A DNA stretch of 32,000 nucleotides. Source: Candidatus Nitronereus thalassa (GTDB lineage: Bacteria; Nitrospirota; Nitrospiria; Nitrospirales; UBA8639). This document shows, in pieces, positions 26,006 through 32,000 of this stretch (positions are counted from its first letter, which is position 1; the number at the start of each line of letters is the position of its first letter). The notes under the pieces are model-generated. The model searched no databases and was not told the DNA's origin. It saw only the letters and a program-made list of their open reading frames with translations. The stretch covers positions 546,409 to 578,408 of the forward strand of contig NZ_JAQOUE010000002.1 of NCBI RefSeq assembly GCF_032191465.1, given 5' to 3'. A program made the position numbers and the translations under genes.

Positions 26006-26635
26006 TCAAGAAAATTTCAATATCTGTGCCATGATTCCAGTCCTCGTGGAAGACTGCGTCTTTTTGAGAATATGTTTAATATGTTCTTTCACAGTATGCT
26101 CACTAATATTCAATGAATCGGCGATTTCCCTGTTCGTCCGCCCATCCGCAAGTTGAATCACAATATCGTGTTCACGATCAGTGAGATTGAAGTGTTTTTT
26201 GGCTTCATCAGTAGGGACTTGGGTCCGCCGGCCAAGTTTTTCTAAGAGAATTAAAAACCGAGGTTCATGTTCATCCTGGCCAGGGATCAAAAACCCCCGA
26301 AGCAAAATGGGATGAGAGGCCTCACCAATCACTCGACGCAACTGTATTTCTTCGTCCTCCTTTGAATCACCCCCAGGTTGAATTTCCTGCTGCAGGGCAT
26401 GACACAAGTCTTGAATATCTTTTGGAATGCCCCCATTTCCTGTCGATTCATGACCAGAGTTCCCCTGCTCTTGTAACACACGATGGCATATGTCCTCTGC
26501 CTCGGAATTCATAAACAACAGACACATGGACCCTGTTAACGTCAGCACCCCAGGGACCGCACGTTTTTCCACAATTTTTTCGAGGAAAACCTCGGTATTT
26601 ACACTGGCTTGTTGCTTGGATACTTTATGAGTCAT
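26006..26635 (-). CDS. LuxR-family transcriptional regulator (C-terminal HTH, uncharacterised N-terminal domain)
   Basis: C-terminal LTDREHDIVIQLADGRTNREIADSLNISEHTVKEHIKHILKK is a GerE/LuxR-type HTH. I saw no receiver-domain motifs. Confidence 0.85.
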   Translation of the reverse strand: MTHKVSKQQASVNTEVFLEKIVEKRAVPGVLTLTGSMCLLFMNSEAEDICHRVLQEQGNSGHESTGNGGIPKDIQDLCHALQQEIQPGGDSKEDEEIQLRRVIGEASHPILLRGFLIPGQDEHEPRFLILLEKLGRRTQVPTDEAKKHFNLTDREHDIVIQLADGRTNREIADSLNISEHTVKEHIKHILKKTQSSTRTGIMAQILKFS

Positions 26636-27001
26636 TACTTATCGATTCCTGGTCATCAAACTGGCGTGGAACATTGTTTCATGCATGCCTTACGAACCAT
26701 TCAGGTAGGGCCCCCAAGTTGATGGAAAATGCCGATTTCAAATCCGTGGGAATTCTCAACCACCCCATGATTGGTATTCCCAGATGTGTAGTCGGCTAGG
26801 CAGAACGGTTACTTAATATTCAGCAAGTAAGTCATCACTTCCCCTAGGATCACAATGGCGCCTAACAAACAGCAATAAGACAAGCGTGAATGAACGAGGA
26901 TGATTGGCTCCCCCTTTTTTCATACACCAACACCCCGAGCATGCAAACTGAAGGAATTTGGGAAATGGGCTTATGCGGAAGGATTCATCTTTATGGAGGA
27001 A

Positions 27002-27067
27002 AGAAACAGAAAAGGCCCTCCCCCTCACTAAGAATGCCATTAGGCATTATCAAAAGGGGAAGGGCCT
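27002..27067 (-). terminator. Rho-independent terminator candidate downstream of bfr
   Basis: Read on the minus strand: GGCCCTTCCCC (27066-27056) pairs with GGGGAGGGCC (27023-27014). The loop contains the inner palindrome AATGCC-ATTA-GGCATT. TTTTCTGTTTCTT follows. Confidence 0.6.
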
Positions 27068-27089
27068 CAACCCTGGGAATCAAGAACGC

Positions 27090-27569
27090 TTAGCTCTCTT
27101 CTTTTTTAATTTGCTCGCTCAGGTAGTTTTGCAAACCCACCTGCTTGATGGTTTCTAATTGTGTTTCTATCCAATCGATATGCTCTTCTTCATCCTTAAT
27201 CATATCCTCAAGCATATGCCGTGTGGCAAAATCTCCAACCTTGGTACAATGAACGACACCCTCGCTCATCAACTTGACCATGGCTTTTTCTTTGTCGAGA
27301 TCCGCCTTCAATTGTTCCGGGACATTTTCCCCAATCTTGACTGTGCCCAATCGTTGCATGTTGGGCAGCCCATCAAGAAATAAAATATGATCAATCACTG
27401 CCTGTGCATCTTTCATCTCGCCGTAACTTCGGCCGAGCACATGGTGATGAAGTCGCTCATATCCCCAGTTCTTACACATTTTTGCGTGCAAGAAGTATTG
27501 ATTAATGACGGTCAATTCCTCCGTCAAAATCTTGTTGAGTAAACTGATCACTCCTTCTTTGGCTTTCAT
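27090..27569 (-). CDS. bfr: Bacterioferritin
   Basis: The start MKAKEGVISLLNKIL at 27569 follows GGAGG. Ferroxidase-centre pattern: ELTVINQYFLHAKMCKNWGY, EEEHIDW. The heme-ligand Met is conserved in GEMKDAQ. Confidence 0.92.
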   Translation of the reverse strand: MKAKEGVISLLNKILTEELTVINQYFLHAKMCKNWGYERLHHHVLGRSYGEMKDAQAVIDHILFLDGLPNMQRLGTVKIGENVPEQLKADLDKEKAMVKLMSEGVVHCTKVGDFATRHMLEDMIKDEEEHIDWIETQLETIKQVGLQNYLSEQIKKEES

Positions 27570-27879
27570 ACCGGCCTCCTTTCCCAATTTCTAGTTTTAA
27601 AAAATTTTGTTCATCACAATTTAGTGAAAACCCGGTGAAAATCTGGATATGTTTAGTTACCAGCCTAGTCTCATGCTACATCTCATTTTCGGAATATGTC
27701 AATAGAATACTTTAGGTATTTATTCTTAATCATGATTCTCTTTCTCAACTTCGCTGAGATGGACTCTCAAGTTCGCTGATATGAATTTTCAACTTCAGCT
27801 TACACCAGGATCGAGAGAGGGACAGAAAGTCACGAGGCATCGGTTGACCGATATTCTTGGCCAGTGCTACCGTCCCCCT

Positions 27880-30800
27880 ATGTCCTCACCCACCACCAAT
27901 CGTCCACCCAATCGTCTCATCCACGAAACCAGCCCCTATTTACTTCAGCATGCGCACAACCCTATTGATTGGTATCCTTGGGGCAAGGACGCACTCTCAC
28001 GAGCCCAGACTGAAGACAAACCTATTCTCTTATCCATAGGATATTCGGCCTGCCATTGGTGCCATGTGATGGAACGTGAATCGTTTGAGAATGAGGAAAT
28101 CGCTAAACTCATGAATCAGGACTATGTCTGTATCAAAGTGGACCGAGAGGAACGCCCCGACCTCGATGAAATTTACATGCAAGCTACGTTGGCCATGAAC
28201 CAAGGCAACGGGGGATGGCCCATGACGGTATTCCTCACCCCCGACCAACAACCCATCTTTGCCGGCACGTATTTTCCACCGACTGATAAATGGGGACGCC
28301 CGGGTTTTAGTACTGTGCTAAAAAAAATCGCGGAAGGTTGGCATAAAGACCGAGCCGAAATTGTGGACACTGCTTCACGGTTTACCGCGAAACTCCAGAA
28401 ATCCATTCAAGTTCCCTCTCCCACTACCATTGGGCAGGATGAACTGGATGCCGGAACTGAACAATTTGCGAAACATTTCGATCCCGTGTTTGGCGGATTT
28501 GGGCAAGCCCCAAAATTCCCTCCTGCCACCGGACTCTCGTTTTTACTTCGCCAATATCATCACACGGGCAACGAACATACCCTAACCATGGTTCGAAAAA
28601 CCTTGGACGCCATGGCCGCTGGCGGAATGTATGACCACATTGCCGGTGGGTTTTCTCGCTATTCCACAGATGAACGTTGGCTAGTCCCGCATTTCGAAAA
28701 AATGTTGTACGACAATGCCCTTCTCGCCAAAACTTACGTCGAAGCCTTTCAAGTCACTCAAGCGGACAACTACCGGCGAGTCGCCACTGAAATTCTCGAT
28801 TACATAATTCGAGAAATGACGTCTCCGGAGGGAGGATTTTATTCAGCCACTGATGCGGACTCGGAAGGCGTGGAAGGAAAATTTTTTGTTTGGGACCCCG
28901 AACAAATTAAAGCGATTGTTCCATCTGAAGAAGACGCGAAACGCTTTTGCGCCTACTATGACATTACCGATGAAGGCAATTGGGAACATCATAGTATCCC
29001 CAATACCCCTCGTGCTCTTGATGCTGTCGCTCAAGAAATAGACTGCTCGCCAGAGGAACTGCAACAAACAATAGACCGTGTGCGTCCCCTCGTCTATCAG
29101 GCCCGATTAACTCGAGTTCCCCCAGGGCTCGACGATAAAATCATCACCGCGTGGAATGGAATGATGATCAGCACCATGGCCGAAGCCAGTCGAGTATTTG
29201 GTCACCCTCAATATTTGCAAGCTGCCACCAACGCCGCGGATTTTCTTCTTCGAACGCTTTCAAGGCCAGATGGTGGTCTGTTTCGCACCTATCGGGAGAA
29301 CAAAGCCCATCTCGATGCATATCTTGAAGATTATGCGTTTCTCATCGAAGCCTTGATAGATATCTATGAAGCAGGCGGAAGCGAACACTATTTATCCGAG
29401 GCCGTTCGATTGGCTGAACGGCTGCTCCAAGATTTTTCCGATCAAGAATACGGTGGATTTTTCACCACGGCAAAAGATCATGAAACCCTCATCCTCCGAA
29501 GCCGTGAAGGCCCCGATGGCGCCACTCCTAGCGGAAATGCCGTGGCCGCCACGGCGCTGGCCAGACTCTCGTTTCATTTCGGACGAGAAGATTTACGTGA
29601 CGCCGCAACACAAGCCATTCGTGCCTATGGCCAACAAATCGCCCAAATCCCGCGCGGCTTTGCGAAAACCTTGATTGCCTCTGATTTACTACTCAAAGGC
29701 CCAATTGAATTAGCGTTAGTCGGAAGCCCTGAGGGCCACCAGGCATTGGAAGCCCTTTCAAAAGAACTGAGGCGTCATTTCGTGCCGAATCGAATTATCG
29801 CTCATTATGATCCTCAAAACTCCAAAACCTCGCATCCTCTTCTGAAAGACAAAACCTTAGTTAATGGACAGCCAGCGCTTTATATCTGCAAAAATTTCGC
29901 CTGTGCCGCTCCCCTTACCGACCCGAAACTGATCAAACAGGCTTTGGCCCATCAGCTTCATCCTGATCCGGATCAACCAACAACCCAAACCACCACACTC
30001 AAAACTTCCGGCATCACCGGAAAAGCGACGGCACAGGGAACGGCAGCCTATGTTTCACGCATGTTGTCCCACTCCAAGTCCAACCGCCCATCAGCTTCCG
30101 GGTATGGTCCTTTGGGATCAACGGGGTTGACGACCTCTCGAATTGGATTTGGAGGATACCGTATTACGGAAGGTCACGATGAACACCGAGAAGCCTTACG
30201 TAAAGCCTTGCGTGAGGGATGCAATATCATTGATACCTCAACGAACTATACGGATGGTAGCAGTGAACGTTTGATTGGGCAGGTGATCAAGGAATTACTG
30301 CAGGCTCAAGAAATGACTCGCGAAGAAGTGATCGTGGTTTCGAAGATTGGCTATGTACAAGGCCAGAACCTGGCTCGCGCGGAAACCAAAGAGCAAACCG
30401 GACATCCATATCCTGATATGGTGAAATATGGCGAAGGGTTGTGGCATTGCCTCCACCCTGAATTTCTTGAGGATCAGTTTGCGCTATCACTGGATCGTTT
30501 GGGGTTGGAAACACTGGACGTGTGCTTACTGCACAACCCTGAATATTTTCTTTCCGACGTTAAAAACCAGAAGCTCATCGTGGATAACGAAAAGCTCCAA
30601 GAACTGCGAAACGAATTTTACCGTCGACTACAACAAGCCTTCGAGTATTTTGAGACGCAAGTCACCGCAGGACGCCTACAATACTATGGCGTCTCATCCA
30701 ACACCTCGACGACCTCTCCCGATGATCCCGAAGCCACCTCACTCTCTCGCATCTATGAATGTGCCAAAGCCGCGGGCAACACTCTTGGAAAATCTTTCCC

Positions 30801-31584
30801 TGCATTCCGAGTCTTGCAACTCCCCATGAACTTGTTTGAATCAGGGGCATTACTCACTCCCAACACTGGCAGCGACACCTCCAAGACAGTTTTGGAATTT
30901 GCACAACAAGAACAGATCGCCATACTTGTCAATCGACCACTCAATGCCATCCCCTCAAAACATCGCGGCATGATTCGATTGGCCAATCCCCACACGGAAC
31001 CCGTGGAATCAACTTTTGAGGAGCTATACGAACAACTTGGAACCTTGGAAGAGGAATTTCGGGAAAAATTCGTCCCGCATATTCCTTACTCCGGCAAGGG
31101 CCTCGAGCCAAAAGACTTTTTCTCATTCACCGAGGAACTGAAAAATCTACGACCCCGCCTCCAGGGACTTGAACACTGGGATCAGATTGAATCACAGATG
31201 ATCGCCCCACATGTCAATCAAGCGCTTCAAGTCGTCTCCAAACACCTTGGCGAGGACCACGCGAATGCCTGGAGCAATTGGCAACACCGCTACATTCCAA
31301 AACTTTTGACCTTTTTTCTGGTGTTGCGAAAAGAATCTGCACAAAAAAACCGTGAGGCGATTTCTGCAATATCAGGACTCATCGATCCCCATCTACCGAA
31401 GGATAAACGCTCCGAATCCATTTCCTCCAAATCTCTCTGGATATTAACCAGCACCTCAGGAGTTACCTGTGTCCTCAACGGCATGAGAACATCTGCCTAT
31501 GTTGAAGAAGCACTCAAGGTCTTACACTGGGCGCCCCTTTCCAACCCCCGAGATGTGTTTGAAAAAATCAGAAATCCTCAATAG
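27880..31584 (+). CDS. Fusion protein: DUF255/YyaL thioredoxin-fold plus (alpha/alpha)6-barrel protein fused to an aldo/keto reductase domain
   Basis: A single uninterrupted frame. N-terminal: [43 protein letters not shown], and an ending of [14 protein letters not shown]-terminal: AKR pattern with all four catalytic residues ([23 protein letters not shown]). The start is uncertain (27880 or 27781). Confidence 0.85.
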   Translation: MSSPTTNRPPNRLIHETSPYLLQHAHNPIDWYPWGKDALSRAQTEDKPILLSIGYSACHWCHVMERESFENEEIAKLMNQDYVCIKVDREERPDLDEIYMQATLAMNQGNGGWPMTVFLTPDQQPIFAGTYFPPTDKWGRPGFSTVLKKIAEGWHKDRAEIVDTASRFTAKLQKSIQVPSPTTIGQDELDAGTEQFAKHFDPVFGGFGQAPKFPPATGLSFLLRQYHHTGNEHTLTMVRKTLDAMAAGGMYDHIAGGFSRYSTDERWLVPHFEKMLYDNALLAKTYVEAFQVTQADNYRRVATEILDYIIREMTSPEGGFYSATDADSEGVEGKFFVWDPEQIKAIVPSEEDAKRFCAYYDITDEGNWEHHSIPNTPRALDAVAQEIDCSPEELQQTIDRVRPLVYQARLTRVPPGLDDKIITAWNGMMISTMAEASRVFGHPQYLQAATNAADFLLRTLSRPDGGLFRTYRENKAHLDAYLEDYAFLIEALIDIYEAGGSEHYLSEAVRLAERLLQDFSDQEYGGFFTTAKDHETLILRSREGPDGATPSGNAVAATALARLSFHFGREDLRDAATQAIRAYGQQIAQIPRGFAKTLIASDLLLKGPIELALVGSPEGHQALEALSKELRRHFVPNRIIAHYDPQNSKTSHPLLKDKTLVNGQPALYICKNFACAAPLTDPKLIKQALAHQLHPDPDQPTTQTTTLKTSGITGKATAQGTAAYVSRMLSHSKSNRPSASGYGPLGSTGLTTSRIGFGGYRITEGHDEHREALRKALREGCNIIDTSTNYTDGSSERLIGQVIKELLQAQEMTREEVIVVSKIGYVQGQNLARAETKEQTGHPYPDMVKYGEGLWHCLHPEFLEDQFALSLDRLGLETLDVCLLHNPEYFLSDVKNQKLIVDNEKLQELRNEFYRRLQQAFEYFETQVTAGRLQYYGVSSNTSTTSPDDPEATSLSRIYECAKAAGNTLGKSFPAFRVLQLPMNLFESGALLTPNTGSDTSKTVLEFAQQEQIAILVNRPLNAIPSKHRGMIRLANPHTEPVESTFEELYEQLGTLEEEFREKFVPHIPYSGKGLEPKDFFSFTEELKNLRPRLQGLEHWDQIESQMIAPHVNQALQVVSKHLGEDHANAWSNWQHRYIPKLLTFFLVLRKESAQKNREAISAISGLIDPHLPKDKRSESISSKSLWILTSTSGVTCVLNGMRTSAYVEEALKVLHWAPLSNPRDVFEKIRNPQ

Positions 31585-32000
31585 GCACCAGACCAGTTTT
31601 TCCACAATCGAACAAAATTTTCAGTTTCTTGTTGCAACACATCACCCTTTGGATTTACCATCAAAAGCCTTTGTTCTTGCGCTGTGTGAATCTCCGTGGT
31701 CTTCGAATAGAGGTTTTGACTGACAAGAACAGCTCCGTCTTGATCAGTCCGGTATACCTTCATGCCTTGTTGTTCATAATGTTGAAGGACCGACGGCGCT
31801 GGATGCCCATATCGGTTCCGCTGCCCAGCAGATACCACTGCGATCTTTGCCGTTAATTGTTTAACCCATTCCTCACTAAACGAACTCTTTGCCCCATGAT
31901 GGGGAATTTTTATCATTGTCGCACGTTGAACCTGAGGGTCCTGGGCCATTCGCTCCAAGGCGTCCACCTCAGCATCCGCCGAGAACAAGATAGAATGATC
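31578..32000 (-). CDS. ComEC/Rec2-like protein, C-terminal metallo-beta-lactamase part (5' end beyond the window)
   Basis: [27 protein letters not shown] and YRTDQDGAV are typical of the ComEC C-terminus. The frame stays open to position 32000. Confidence 0.75.
   Translation of the reverse strand, partial: DHSILFSADAEVDALERMAQDPQVQRATMIKIPHHGAKSSFSEEWVKQLTAKIAVVSAGQRNRYGHPAPSVLQHYEQQGMKVYRTDQDGAVLVSQNLYSKTTEIHTAQEQRLLMVNPKGDVLQQETENFVRLWKNWSGAY

Noticed and set aside
26640-27089. ORFs 26813-27040 (-), 26890-27093 (+) and 26958-27158 (+) in the LuxR-bfr intergenic region.
   Set aside because: They overlap one another and run through the bfr terminator hairpin. They have no ribosome-binding sites or motifs. 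The region is better explained as the LuxR promoter plus the bfr terminator.

Overview
This is a chromosomal window from a moderate-GC bacterium. I cannot determine the lineage from the sequence alone. I found no rRNA, tRNA or CRISPR array.

Gene content, in order:
- 141-857: a YqaA/DedA membrane protein and a DUF2835-like protein.
- 1091-2562: a visibly GC-richer IS110/IS1111-family insertion sequence. It is bounded by a perfect 12-bp inverted repeat, and its transposase is broken by a single in-frame TGA.
- 2563-4004: a 1.5-kb non-coding patch with three copies of a ~220-245-bp hairpin-rich repeat, a REP-like palindrome and one small AT-rich gene.
- 4011-17492: housekeeping and stress genes. 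These are MOSC, IMPase family, 2H phosphoesterase, SRAP/YedK, a TlpA-like redoxin, DinB, nitroreductase, HD-GYP, TPR proteins, ICMT-family methyltransferase and DUF2914.
- 17593-31584: a dense thiol/redox/metal-themed stretch.
- 31578-32000: a ComEC-like C-terminus, truncated at the window edge.

The redox/metal stretch contains:
- two paralogous pairs of a TVP38/DedA membrane protein next to a class-I flavoprotein disulfide reductase;
- a secreted DUF3047 protein;
- two tandem exported 6-Cys/His-rich mini-proteins that resemble bufferin-type RiPP precursors, with no maturase gene in the window;
- a co-directional LuxR, ECF sigma, soluble zinc-binding (ZAS) anti-sigma and thioredoxin-like gene string;
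- bacterioferritin;
- a 1,230-1,270-aa fusion of a DUF255/YyaL thioredoxin-fold protein with an aldo/keto reductase.

The best candidates for an undescribed system are the TVP38-reductase-DUF3047 module and the orphan Cys-rich mini-proteins beside it. The structured repeat family next to the IS is second. All product calls rest on motifs I read in the translations and on family knowledge from memory. No database search was run.
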